Shown: positions 40,926-50,624 of the stretch, piece by piece | How positions within the stretch are numbered: position 1 is the stretch's first letter | How the letters are laid out: every line of letters starts with the position of its first letter | From: an uncultured Lachnospiraceae bacterium | Lineage (GTDB): Bacteria > Bacillota > Clostridia > Lachnospirales > Lachnospiraceae | Length of the DNA: 64,000 nt | NCBI GenBank assembly: GCA_934292725.1 | Contig: CAKQXY010000001.1 | Coordinates: 105,728-169,727 of the forward strand | Reading direction: 5' to 3' | Made by a program: the position numbers and the translations under genes | The notes under the pieces: model-generated | Databases searched by the model: none | Told to the model about the DNA's origin: nothing | The model's input: only the letters and a program-made list of their open reading frames with translations

Positions 40926-41019
40926 ATAAAATCTTATATTAAAACATGAAATAAAATAACTAATGCAGAGGGCTGTTTTGGTGTTTGTATGTATGAGCAT
41001 CAAAACAGCCTTTTATTTT

Positions 41020-41598
41020 TTATAAAAGATCAATATGTCCTGCCAGTGCATCCTCTAATTCCTTACTTGAAATACCGATATAGCGCTGCGTAATAGCTGC
41101 AGAACTGTGCTGCAAAAGCTGCTGTACAAGAATGATATTATAATTATTGTTTACATAAATTTCCGTTGCAAAAAACTTACGAAAACTGTGAGTACCAATG
41201 TTTGGATATCCAAGTTCAGATGTCACTTTTGCAAGGTATTTTTGTATAGTACGTTCAGTAATCGGGAAAACAATCTGATCTGTTTTTATGTCGTGATCAA
41301 TACAGTATACTCTCAGATACTGGTATATCGGTTGTGGGACTGTAAATACACGCTTCTTCTGCGTTTTTTCCTCTGTAATATCAAGGCGATATCGTCCACC
41401 ATCCAACACAATATCCTGCAGTCTAAGCTTTAGAATATCTCCAATTCTAAGTCCAAGATTTGCTTCTAGGACAAGCGCTGTTGCAATCCTATCATTTGCC
41501 CTAAAAGTCTTGCCTCCTTTTCTCATCGCTTCAATCAAGTTTTCATATTGCTCCTTGGTTAGAGCAAGTGATTTCTTATTTGCCATTCTGTAATACAT
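41020..41598 (-). CDS. Small tyrosine recombinase (192 aa) consisting of the catalytic core only, a size typical of FimB/FimE and other invertase-type recombinases
   Basis: R (GLRIGD), HxxR (HSFRK) and H...Y (HSSAAITQRYI) catalytic residues; no N-terminal SAM-like domain. Confidence 0.75.
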   Translation of the reverse strand: MYYRMANKKSLALTKEQYENLIEAMRKGGKTFRANDRIATALVLEANLGLRIGDILKLRLQDIVLDGGRYRLDITEEKTQKKRVFTVPQPIYQYLRVYCIDHDIKTDQIVFPITERTIQKYLAKVTSELGYPNIGTHSFRKFFATEIYVNNNYNIILVQQLLQHSSAAITQRYIGISSKELEDALAGHIDLL

Positions 41599-41744
41599 CT
41601 CCTATTTTCTAATAAAATTCTTATTCTGTTTAAAGTACTTTTTAGTATAAAAGTTCGTATAACAGTAAAATATAGTTCGTTTATTTGTTAACACGACTAT
41701 TATATCCCATTTTCCATCTAAAATCAAGCTAATTCCGCACAAAA

Positions 41745-41772
41745 AGTACGTATAATATTCATTATACGTACT
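41745..41772. promoter_or_regulatory. Perfect 12-4-12 palindrome AGTACGTATAAT-attc-ATTATACGTACT in the AT-rich intergenic region upstream of the RHH/coiled-coil gene; it also contains TATAAT boxes on both strands
   Basis: Read directly from the sequence. Other GTAC-centred palindromes lie nearby (AAAGTACTTT at 41632-41641; TACTTTACAAAGTA at about 41797-41810). Confidence 0.5.
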
Positions 41773-41860
41773 CTATTTAAATATAAATGTAAACGTGTAC
41801 TTTACAAAGTAAACATTCTGTATTACAATAGAAATATAGATTAAAAACAGGAGGCTTATC

Positions 41861-42805
41861 ATGACTGGAATTAAATCATTTCGTATCTCTGATGAGACAA
41901 AGGAACGCTTAGAATTACTATCAGCTTCAATCGGAGGCAATAAGGATCGTGTATTTAATACACTGATGGATACCTATTCGCTTGAACAGGAAAAGGCGAC
42001 AGTGGCTGCATCTGATCAAGAAAAAAATGTGGAAACATTCGAGCAGTATGCAAATACACTTGTTCGTCTTTATTTGGAGGCCTTACGTGCCGTATCATCA
42101 TCTGATGATCGAATCCGTGGAGAATTTCATAATCAGCTTGAAGAAAATGCCAAGACAATAAAAGAACTTAGAAACCAGCGTGATCGCATGGTAAATGAAC
42201 TTACACTTGAAAAGACAAATGCACAAAAAGAAGCTGCCGAATTTCAGGCTAAAAATAAAGAATTGACAGCTGCAATAGAACGGTTGGAAAAGTCACTGGC
42301 TGCTGCTAACGAACAGGTTGATGCAAAGCAGGCAATGAATGAGGTACTGCTTTCTCAGGTAAAGCAGACTGAAAAAGAGAAAGAAGATTATAACCAGATG
42401 GCAGCAAGCTTCCATGAGCTTGAAAAGCAACTGGAAGATGAAAAGACTTCTGCCAGAAAAGAAAAACAAGCATTTGAAGAAGAATTACGCAAAGCTATTT
42501 CTGAAAAAGAGAAAGCTGCTTATGAGGCTGAGTTATTAAAAAAAGAAGAAATACATAAAGCAAAAGAAACAATCCGAAAGGAAAAAGATGAAGAAATTGC
42601 TGCCCTGCAAAAGCAGCTCTTTGATATGCAGACCAGACAGCTTTCTGATAAGACTGCACTTCAGGAAGCTAAAACCGCACTGCTGTCTCTTCGCTTAGAA
42701 TTATCACAAGCACATCAAAAAGAACTTAATGAAGTGCGTATAGAAAAAGATAAGAAAATTGAGGCACTGCAAAATGAACTGTTAAAGGCTTTTGATAAAA
42801 AATAA
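41861..42805 (+). CDS. Ribbon-helix-helix-like N-terminal DNA-binding domain fused to a ~270-aa charged coiled coil
   Basis: N-terminal IKSFRISDETKERLELLSASIGGNKDRVFNTLM fits an RHH (CopG/Arc) beta-alpha-alpha pattern; the remainder is E/K/Q/A-rich heptad-like sequence. Confidence 0.55.
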   Translation: MTGIKSFRISDETKERLELLSASIGGNKDRVFNTLMDTYSLEQEKATVAASDQEKNVETFEQYANTLVRLYLEALRAVSSSDDRIRGEFHNQLEENAKTIKELRNQRDRMVNELTLEKTNAQKEAAEFQAKNKELTAAIERLEKSLAAANEQVDAKQAMNEVLLSQVKQTEKEKEDYNQMAASFHELEKQLEDEKTSARKEKQAFEEELRKAISEKEKAAYEAELLKKEEIHKAKETIRKEKDEEIAALQKQLFDMQTRQLSDKTALQEAKTALLSLRLELSQAHQKELNEVRIEKDKKIEALQNELLKAFDKK

Positions 42806-42928
42806 AGAACACAATATTTGTAATTGACATTAGAATATAGTTGTCTATAATAAAGTTGAATTTACTATTCAAAATGCATAAAAAATAATTTTATGCTTAT
42901 CTGGATAATTACAAGTTGGAGGCTTATT

Positions 42929-43834
42929 ATGAGTACACATGAAGATTTTGAAGATTGCCCACTGCAGAATATAATTCGAGATGGTGGCATGATGAACATC
43001 TTTCGCACGATTGGATGCATTGGAGACAGTCTTGCGAGCGGTGAATTTGAATATTGGGATAATGGTCAAAAAGGCTACTGGGACTTTTATGAATACTCCT
43101 GGGGCAAACAAATTGAGCGCATCACTGGGATTTCAGTAACAAACTTTTCGCGTGGTGGTATGACTGCTTTTCATATGTATCAGGAAGCAGACAAGCAGGA
43201 CGGACCAAATGCAGATATTGCACACTTATTTGACCCATTTAATTTAAAACAGGGTTATATCATCGCACTCGGCGTAAATGATTTAAAAGGTAAAAATAAC
43301 TTAAATGATCTGTACGAGGGAAATGTCGGTTCGGCAAAAACAGACATCTGCCTTGAAGATTACAATAAGAATGCAAATACGTTTGTTGGCTGGTACGCAA
43401 AGATTATCCAGCGTATCCAGAAGATGCAGCCTCACACCAAATTTTTCTTGGTAACAATGCCAGATGAAGGTACTGGAAACTGGAAAGAGGAATCACACGC
43501 AAAGGCACTTCATGAAATCGCTGATTATTTGAAAAATTGTTATGTAATTGACTTGTATCATGATGCTCCAAAATATGATGAAGAATTTCGCAGTAAATAT
43601 TTCTGCGGTCATATGAATGCAATGGGCTATTTATTAACTGCTCATTATTTCATGACATATATTGACTGGATCATCCGCCACAATGTACATGATTTTCGTT
43701 TTGTCCAGTTTATCGGAAGCGATAAAATTCCGTTTGCTCTTGGTAAAGAAGCTGCTGAAAAACAACAGCAAGAAAATGATAAAAAGAATGCTGCAAAAGA
43801 AAAAGTTCTTGTGAGTGGTATGTCTAACGACTAA
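42929..43834 (+). CDS. SGNH/GDSL-family hydrolase. The start is assigned to MSTHEDF, after a GGAGG RBS
   Basis: GDS(L) motif near the N-terminus (GCIGDSLASGE); SGNH blocks (GVNDL, the DxxH region). Confidence 0.65.
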   Translation: MSTHEDFEDCPLQNIIRDGGMMNIFRTIGCIGDSLASGEFEYWDNGQKGYWDFYEYSWGKQIERITGISVTNFSRGGMTAFHMYQEADKQDGPNADIAHLFDPFNLKQGYIIALGVNDLKGKNNLNDLYEGNVGSAKTDICLEDYNKNANTFVGWYAKIIQRIQKMQPHTKFFLVTMPDEGTGNWKEESHAKALHEIADYLKNCYVIDLYHDAPKYDEEFRSKYFCGHMNAMGYLLTAHYFMTYIDWIIRHNVHDFRFVQFIGSDKIPFALGKEAAEKQQQENDKKNAAKEKVLVSGMSND

Positions 43835-43991
43835 TTTTGTATAAACGAAAAAGAGGAGAAATATGTGTTGTTTCTCCTCTTCTATTTTTTTGCTTTTTGG
43901 TGTGTTAAAAATGTTGTTTTGAAGGAGAAGTTCTGGGTGGAAAATTTTATTCTATTTAAGTTATGCTACTTTTATGTTATTTTTACAAAAA

Positions 43992-44035
43992 AATAAGCTG
44001 CGACATCTTATAATAATTCGATGTCACAGCTTATT
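43992..44035 (-). terminator. Strong hairpin with a 16-bp stem and one mismatch (aataagctgcgacatc...gatgtcacagcttatt) followed on the minus strand by a T7 run; a likely terminator about 260 nt downstream of the DIP1984-like gene
   Basis: Inverted repeat and adjacent A-run on the plus strand (equal to a T-run on the minus strand), read from the sequence. Confidence 0.55.
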
Positions 44036-44297
44036 ATCACAAAAATTAGATTCGATAAAGCCCCTCTCCCGCCCTCGCTGTGTGTTAATATCTGGTAGTA
44101 ACGATAAAGAATTTCTATGCGCATGTAACGATGCTGGAGATTACAATGATTTTATACTGCTCTCCCTCACATGTTTTTCCTCTCTATTTTCTATATGTTT
44201 TTGCTGCTTTGTACTCTGCAGCTGAGCTGATATTCACTCACACAGTTACCGCTATCTTATCTTATTTTTTGCTGTTTCTAATTACCTTACAATCTTT

Positions 44298-44756
44298 TCA
44301 TTCCTCTATCAGATCTGCTGTCCAGTTTGCTGCCTGAATTCGATTATCCAATATTCGATAGTCGCGACTCAAGGCATCTACCTTTTTTTGCAGTGCCTTC
44401 ACATCAACTGCTGATAATTGGCGAATTTCATCGCCGCGTGATCTAAAGCACAGATTACTTGCAATTGAAATTGTATTTTGAAAACTTGCAATACGCAATT
44501 TCAAAACATCACGCTTTGCAAGCAGATCTGACAGCAATTCACCGTCTGATACAACTGCCATATTTGTTTTATTAATTACGATAATCAACTTTTCCAGCTG
44601 ATTCAGGCATTCATCAAGTTCCTTTAAAAGCTGTTCTGGATCTTCTACTGGCAAAACTCCTTCCTGCATCAATGCATTGCTCGTAATACGAGAACGAAGC
44701 TGCTCAATTTTTTTATTTAAATCTGCTCTTTCCTGTAATGCTTCTGCAAGCTTCAT
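44298..44756 (-). CDS. DIP1984-family protein (conserved hypothetical, about 150 aa, helical)
   Basis: The MKLAEALQERADLNKKIEQLRSRI... start and the ...ISAVDV...L...NWT.DL C-terminal pattern match this family from memory. Confidence 0.55.
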   Translation of the reverse strand: MKLAEALQERADLNKKIEQLRSRITSNALMQEGVLPVEDPEQLLKELDECLNQLEKLIIVINKTNMAVVSDGELLSDLLAKRDVLKLRIASFQNTISIASNLCFRSRGDEIRQLSAVDVKALQKKVDALSRDYRILDNRIQAANWTADLIEE

Positions 44757-44870
44757 GTCTTTCTCCTCTCTTATACGCTATCCTATTATGGTAGTATTTT
44801 TCTTGTTTTATAAGTTATGCTACTTTTGTGTTATATTGTTTGTTATGATATCTTTTTGGAGCCAATTTTA

Positions 44871-45890
44871 TTAGCGCTGCAAGTTTATATCATTTGATTT
44901 CATAACACGAATAATATCTTCTTCTGTTACAATATTAAAATCATGTTGAATCATCAGCTTCAATACACTGGCTGCAATTGAAAAATCAATCGTATACTGT
45001 GGATTTTCTTTCTTTTTCAGCATATGAATCAATGCTGCTGCAAATGCATCTCCTGCTCCTACCGCTTCTAAACTATGTACACGATGTACTGGCGTCTCAT
45101 AAAACTGATCACCGATCAGATAAATGGCCATCCAATCTCCATCTTCAACTGTATGCATACTGCGAAGCACACTTGCTACTGCTTTGCAATTTGGAAACTG
45201 TCTTCTAATTTCCTGCATTCCCTCTCGATATGTATCAATTTGTTCAATTCCTCTTGACATATCTCCATCAAATGCATGAATTCCAAGAGAAGCTTCAAAA
45301 TCTTCATCATTTGCAATGCAAAGTGTTACATATGGCATAAGTTCTCGCATAACGCGCTGTGCTGTATTTTTATCCCACATCTTAGCACGATAATTTAAAT
45401 CACAGACTACCTCGATTCCCTTTCTTTTGCAGCAGCGAAGTGCATTCAAAACTGTTTCCTTGACGCTCTCACTGACTGCCGGCGTTACTCCAGAGAAAAA
45501 GAAAATATCAGTATCTTCCAGAATTTGATCCCAGTCATATTCGTCTGGCTTTGAACAGGCAAATGCACTGTCAGCGCGGTCATACACCACATTTGTAGGA
45601 CGAATATTATTTCCCTTTTCAAAATAGTAAATGCCAAGACGTTTTCCGCCCCTTAAAATATGAGTGGTATCCGTTCCATAACGGCGAAGCTCATTTAATG
45701 CCGCCTGACCAACTGGATTATCGGGAAGCTTCGTAACCAATGCTGCTTCTTCTTTTAACATGGCAAGTCCCGCTGCCACATTTGCCTCTGCCCCACCATA
45801 ACTTGCTTCAAAATTCTGTGCCTGCACAATACGAAGATATTCAGGTGTCTTAAGGCGCAGCATGATTTCTCCAAACGTTACCGCTTTCAT
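44871..45890 (-). CDS. PfkB-family sugar kinase (2-dehydro-3-deoxygluconokinase-like)
   Basis: MKAVTFGEIMLRL...GGAEANVA N-terminal pattern typical of KdgK; C-terminal GAGDAF motif. Confidence 0.7.
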   Translation of the reverse strand: MKAVTFGEIMLRLKTPEYLRIVQAQNFEASYGGAEANVAAGLAMLKEEAALVTKLPDNPVGQAALNELRRYGTDTTHILRGGKRLGIYYFEKGNNIRPTNVVYDRADSAFACSKPDEYDWDQILEDTDIFFFSGVTPAVSESVKETVLNALRCCKRKGIEVVCDLNYRAKMWDKNTAQRVMRELMPYVTLCIANDEDFEASLGIHAFDGDMSRGIEQIDTYREGMQEIRRQFPNCKAVASVLRSMHTVEDGDWMAIYLIGDQFYETPVHRVHSLEAVGAGDAFAAALIHMLKKKENPQYTIDFSIAASVLKLMIQHDFNIVTEEDIIRVMKSNDINLQR

Positions 45891-45948
45891 TATAAAATCT
45901 CCTTCTAATCTTCATTTTGTATAAGTATACCACCTATCTGATTGTTTT

Positions 45949-48069
45949 TCAACACAAGAAAAATTGCTTTAACACTTTCTTCTCATGTATCTCTGCATTC
46001 TTATACCGCAGCTTTACAAATTTGATTACCATTTCTGGTGCATCTGCAAAATAATTTCGCACCTCTAACTCATGCAAAACCAAAACAATTGGATTTCTCG
46101 CCAAATTTATAAGATCCATATATGTGCTTGGACTTTTTTCTTTTCTAAAAATTTCGTAGATCAGAAAGCTCTCTGCTTCCGAATCTGGGATTGCTATGCC
46201 ATCACGCAAGTTCCTGCGTACTTCTTCTTGCTTTGTCTCTGTCCAACTACTCTGCTCATCCCCCATCAAGGTATTCAGTTCTTCCAACTCCTGCCGTGTC
46301 TTTTGAGGTATCTTCAAAATGTAGAAATAGCCGTATGTGCCATCAATTTCTTTTGACGTCAGTATTTCTGAATCAAGCATCTCTGTTACCATGTCTGAAA
46401 CCTCATCTGCACTGTATAAGCTGTAGAATCCATGCCCACGTGATTCAAGAACATTGGCATTTAAGGTCACTTTGGTACCGCGCATTAACTGCACCACTGC
46501 ATTTTGTGTAATATAATCTTCATTTTTGGAAACACACTCAAAAATATCGCGTGCAAGATAAGAATCCAGATACAAATGATACTGCTTTTTAAGCTCATTT
46601 TTCCGTTCTTCTTTGGTGGCTGCTGCCAATATCTTAATCTGTTTCACATTCCTTTGCAGTGTCTTTTTCCACTCGGGAACAGATTGCTGATAAGGGGCAG
46701 TCTCATACAGATAGGAAAATGCTGGAATACCATTCATATGGAAGGTAAGCTTTGTATCCCCATCTAAGATTCCCACATTCTTTGATTTGCATTTAATGCG
46801 TCCCAATCCGGAAAATGCTTCAATGGCATGTTGTCTGCAGCGTTCACGGAGCTTAGTATTCTTTAATAACTGGTACTTTTTAAATTGTTCCGATGCCGTA
46901 TACTTCGAACCCTTTCCGTTAACCGTAATGCTGCCGGCTTCATTTGCAAAAATTACTTTCTGCTGCCCAATATACAGTTTTCCATCAACAGCCTTCTCCA
47001 TTCCTTCACTAAAGCCATCCAGCCATGAAATAGCCCAGCTGTTGTATTCCTTTACCTTGTCCTCCAACTCACGCTTGTATGATACTTGACTTGTGGATGG
47101 TACTAATGGAATGCCTTCTTCTACTTCCTGTTCCAGTTTTATTACAAACTTTTTTAGTTTTGCTTTAATCGCAGCATCCCAATCGACGTGAATCAAATCC
47201 CATATACTATCGTTCTGCTCTGTAATCGTTAGATATGATTTTATCCATGTCGGATTTTGGAAAAAAGATGCAATGGACTTGTCGGAAAAAGTATCACAAA
47301 TAAACTTCATTCCTAGGTGTGAGACTGTGATATCTACTCTTTTGTCTTCATATTTGTTGCAATGCAAGGTTCCCTCAAATTTGGCATTGTTCCTGCACAG
47401 CTGGCTTAAATACGAATTCACGCATTCCTGCCCCTTTCTTTCAATCTCTTCCCAGTGATCTTGAATCAAGTCTTTCATTTTTTGGCGCTGCCTGGCTGCT
47501 TGCTCTTTGCGGATGTCTTCAATTATTTCATCAGTCAGCTCTAAAAGATAAGACTGTACTTCATCTATGTCCGTACACAATCCCAATCGTGTACAATCTA
47601 TCTTCCTTTCTAACACAGCCGGTAGTTCATCTGCATTCAACCATATATTATAAATTTCTTTTTTCTTTCCAATATTTTCAACATCCAATTGGAATTTCCA
47701 ATCCGGTTTACCTAATTTTTGGCGAATATGCTCCCGAAGCTGTGGCAAGATCTGTGCTTCGACCTCAGAAGCAGAAAGCCATTGTCTCCATTTGTTTCTC
47801 TGTGCGTAATCCTTCTGCAACAATACTGATTCCAAAAGATCTTGTTTCGTCAAGATCGTCTGCACCTGCAAAGCCCACAAAAGCTTTACATTTCCAGCTT
47901 TTGAGATGCCGGCCTCTGCTTTTTTGTTGTGCTCAATAAATTCTGGCATCTGTGTGATTGTCTGGTACAGTGACGGATATTTTTTTGCAAATGATTCGTC
48001 TACATTGATCCATTTTTCTGGCGTTCTCATATTGCTTTTCTGGCGATCTGCCATCCTGCAGACCGCCAT
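45949..48069 (-). CDS. Large (706-aa) uncharacterised protein, the last gene of the MoxR-vWA operon; a candidate VMAP-like effector component
   Basis: No recognisable catalytic motifs; mostly helical with a C-terminal globular region; operonic with the AAA+ and vWA genes (30-nt intergenic gap). Confidence 0.4.
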   Translation of the reverse strand: MAVCRMADRQKSNMRTPEKWINVDESFAKKYPSLYQTITQMPEFIEHNKKAEAGISKAGNVKLLWALQVQTILTKQDLLESVLLQKDYAQRNKWRQWLSASEVEAQILPQLREHIRQKLGKPDWKFQLDVENIGKKKEIYNIWLNADELPAVLERKIDCTRLGLCTDIDEVQSYLLELTDEIIEDIRKEQAARQRQKMKDLIQDHWEEIERKGQECVNSYLSQLCRNNAKFEGTLHCNKYEDKRVDITVSHLGMKFICDTFSDKSIASFFQNPTWIKSYLTITEQNDSIWDLIHVDWDAAIKAKLKKFVIKLEQEVEEGIPLVPSTSQVSYKRELEDKVKEYNSWAISWLDGFSEGMEKAVDGKLYIGQQKVIFANEAGSITVNGKGSKYTASEQFKKYQLLKNTKLRERCRQHAIEAFSGLGRIKCKSKNVGILDGDTKLTFHMNGIPAFSYLYETAPYQQSVPEWKKTLQRNVKQIKILAAATKEERKNELKKQYHLYLDSYLARDIFECVSKNEDYITQNAVVQLMRGTKVTLNANVLESRGHGFYSLYSADEVSDMVTEMLDSEILTSKEIDGTYGYFYILKIPQKTRQELEELNTLMGDEQSSWTETKQEEVRRNLRDGIAIPDSEAESFLIYEIFRKEKSPSTYMDLINLARNPIVLVLHELEVRNYFADAPEMVIKFVKLRYKNAEIHEKKVLKQFFLC

Positions 48070-48098
48070 CCTCCTTTCTTCTCTTATTGACCAGGCAA

Positions 48099-49736
48099 TT
48101 ACTTCATTTCAGAAAGAAAGCCTAACAACTGTCGGATATTCCTTATCTCATACATTGCTGCATAGTGTCCATATACAGAGGCAATGGAATCGCCCTGATC
48201 CCACTTTTTACGATCATCCGTATTTAACCAATACGCACATTTCGCCTTTCGGCAGATGTTTTTTATATAATCCACTCCTGCATCGTTTTTGTTGTTTCTT
48301 GCATCACCGATAAAGATGATCATGCTATCCTTGCTTATGCGGTTGCGGTACTCTTTCCACATACTCCGCAGTGGGCGCTCATAGTTGGAATACTGCCCGC
48401 TGCGCGGAATCATCGTAAGAATCTGTTTTGCAGCATTATCAACATCTTCCGTATCGTACACCCTGGATATATCATACAGAGAATTGACAAAGGCAAATGC
48501 ACTGCATCCTCGTGGAAAGACCTCTTTCAAAAGCCCTATGAAGGTGAGCATCATCTCCGAAGCATCCTTGCAGGAACCGGACACGTCCAAAATGAGAACC
48601 AGATCGGCCTTGCTGCGCCGTGGCTGCTTGTATATAAGGTTGATGGGCTGTCCACAGGTGCGAATAGACTCTCGCATTGTCTCCTCCAGATTCAGAGACA
48701 ATCGCCTTTTGCTGTTAATATTTCTGGTCATACGCGTCTTAAATGCCAGAAGATTCTGGCGCAGGTATTCGCGCATTTGATTTTTTTCTGCTTCTGTCAG
48801 CTTTTTAAACGGCTTCTCGCTAAGTCTCACAAACTCTGCATTCATTGTTTGTATGCTTCCGCCGCCGATGAAATCTGCACGATGGATCACGGAAGACGGC
48901 TTAATCGTTAGCGAATCGTTGGAACTATCCATGCCTCTTTTCATTTGTTCAAAGGCACGATCCAGTTCTCTGCACGTGTCCTCATAGCGTCGCTGTTCAT
49001 CCTTCATTTGACGCTGCAGCTTTTTGATTTGCTGGTCCGTTTCTTCTTGTGCCTGACTGATTGCAGACTCCAACTCAGCCTTATTCTTTTGCCTTTTTGT
49101 GATAGCAGAACTTAGTTCCTTACTGATATCCATCATTGCGTCTGCCTGTTCCAAATCTCCATCGTATAGACTTTTTTCTGCCTGCTTCATCAATGTCTGA
49201 TATAAGCAATCAGCCTGTTTCTCATCCCATGACAGCTCACCTAAAAGCAATTTTTTAGCTTGCTCGATCTGCTTTTGCGACTTTGTTTTTGTTTCCGACA
49301 ATTTCTTTAATTGTGTCTGTGCTTTTCGGCTTACCTTTGGTTTCGGCTCGTTCTCCTGTGCTTTTTGCATTACATCCTTTCGAATCTGCTCTTTTTGTTT
49401 TTTCAAATTCTCCAGCTGTTTTTGAGCGTCAGACACAAATAAGTCCAGTTCTTTTCGTTTCTCCTGCTTCTCTTTTTCCTTTTGTTTCTCCCTTTGCGGG
49501 ATTGTTTTTTTGATCAGAAACTCTCGAAACAACTCTTTCATCTTTGCTACCTGCTCGCCTGTCTTTGCCAGGCAGACAGAAAGTGCGGCCAACATTTCAT
49601 CTTCCTCTGTGATATCCATACCGGCTGCTTCCACTGATCTTAGCAGATGTGCAAGTGCACTCTCGGGAACCACAAATTTATGATCTTGAAGAAAAACCGC
49701 AAATTCCGAAAGAAAATCAAGAATATCTTTTTGCAT
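48099..49736 (-). CDS. vWA-domain protein (CoxE-like MIDAS DxSGS) with a long lysine-rich coiled-coil N-terminal region. Its GGAGGAG RBS overlaps the stop of the upstream AAA+ gene, so the two are translationally coupled
   Basis: MIDAS motif LVLILDVSGSC...; downstream MIIFIGDARNN; coiled-coil region rich in K, E and Q. Confidence 0.7.
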   Translation of the reverse strand: MQKDILDFLSEFAVFLQDHKFVVPESALAHLLRSVEAAGMDITEEDEMLAALSVCLAKTGEQVAKMKELFREFLIKKTIPQREKQKEKEKQEKRKELDLFVSDAQKQLENLKKQKEQIRKDVMQKAQENEPKPKVSRKAQTQLKKLSETKTKSQKQIEQAKKLLLGELSWDEKQADCLYQTLMKQAEKSLYDGDLEQADAMMDISKELSSAITKRQKNKAELESAISQAQEETDQQIKKLQRQMKDEQRRYEDTCRELDRAFEQMKRGMDSSNDSLTIKPSSVIHRADFIGGGSIQTMNAEFVRLSEKPFKKLTEAEKNQMREYLRQNLLAFKTRMTRNINSKRRLSLNLEETMRESIRTCGQPINLIYKQPRRSKADLVLILDVSGSCKDASEMMLTFIGLLKEVFPRGCSAFAFVNSLYDISRVYDTEDVDNAAKQILTMIPRSGQYSNYERPLRSMWKEYRNRISKDSMIIFIGDARNNKNDAGVDYIKNICRKAKCAYWLNTDDRKKWDQGDSIASVYGHYAAMYEIRNIRQLLGFLSEMK

Positions 49737-49748
49737 TGCACTCCTCCA

Positions 49749-50624
49749 TTAGAACAGTTTTGCATTTTCCATAGTCTGACGGTCTTCCTTGTTTTTCGCA
49801 ATCATACAGAGAGAAGCTTTAAGCGTTTCTTCCTCAATTTCATCACTATTCAACGTAGACAGATATTTTGCCCATTCACTCAATTCTGAAATGGAAGGCT
49901 GCTGTTTTAATGGCAGAGAACGAATCTGTTTTGCACAACTTGCTACCGATTCTGCAATTTTCGTGTCAATGCTGCTCTGCATTTGAAGGATTTCTTTCAA
50001 CTCTTCGGCTGTCTTTTGCTTAATGTAAAGATAGTTGCAACGACGTTTCAATGCCTGCGACAGATCCCTGTAGCGGTTAGATGTGAGAAATACGATTGGA
50101 CGCATCTCTTCTGGACAGGTCACGGTACCATACTGCGGAATGGAAATGCTGAAATTCTCCAATACCTCCAACAGCGTGTATTCAATCTCCTCTGATGCTT
50201 TTTCCACTTCGTCTAACAAAAGGACATAGCGTTTCTTTCCGCTAATTGCCTTTAAGATTGGGCGTTCAATTAAAAAGTCACGTCCATAAAAATTGATTTT
50301 GCCTGCCGCATCCAGCGATTCCTGCAAGTCTTTTCCTGCAAGTGATTCCTTAATCGTTCCCTGGATCGCCTGAATCGTCAGAAGCTGCTTCTGGTAGTCA
50401 TAGTCGTACAGAATCTTATCATAAGACAAACCATCGTAGAACTGAACACGCAGAAGCTCCAAATCAAGCATCTTCGCCGTAGCATACGCAAGTGACGTTT
50501 TTCCGACGCCTGGATCACCTTCTACGAGAAGCGGAACCCCGTTTATCGCGCTCATTACAGCAAAATTAATGTACGAATTTGAGAGATACCCATTGTCTCT
50601 AAGCTTATTTCCAATTTCTAACAT
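49749..50624 (-). CDS. MoxR-family AAA+ ATPase (AAA_5-like). The start is assigned to MLEIGNK, after a GGAGGGG RBS
   Basis: Walker A (GDPGVGKT), Walker B (LLLDEVEKA), sensor-1 (TSN) and arginine-finger region. Confidence 0.8.
   Translation of the reverse strand: MLEIGNKLRDNGYLSNSYINFAVMSAINGVPLLVEGDPGVGKTSLAYATAKMLDLELLRVQFYDGLSYDKILYDYDYQKQLLTIQAIQGTIKESLAGKDLQESLDAAGKINFYGRDFLIERPILKAISGKKRYVLLLDEVEKASEEIEYTLLEVLENFSISIPQYGTVTCPEEMRPIVFLTSNRYRDLSQALKRRCNYLYIKQKTAEELKEILQMQSSIDTKIAESVASCAKQIRSLPLKQQPSISELSEWAKYLSTLNSDEIEEETLKASLCMIAKNKEDRQTMENAKLF

Larger units (their letters stand above)
43957..44834. repeat. Direct repeats TAAGTTATGCTACTTTT(A/G)TGTTAT at 43957-43980 and 44811-44834, with flanking similarity extending to about 40 bp, bracketing the DIP1984-like gene and its terminator
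   Basis: Read directly from the sequence; 23 of 24 positions identical. Confidence 0.6.
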
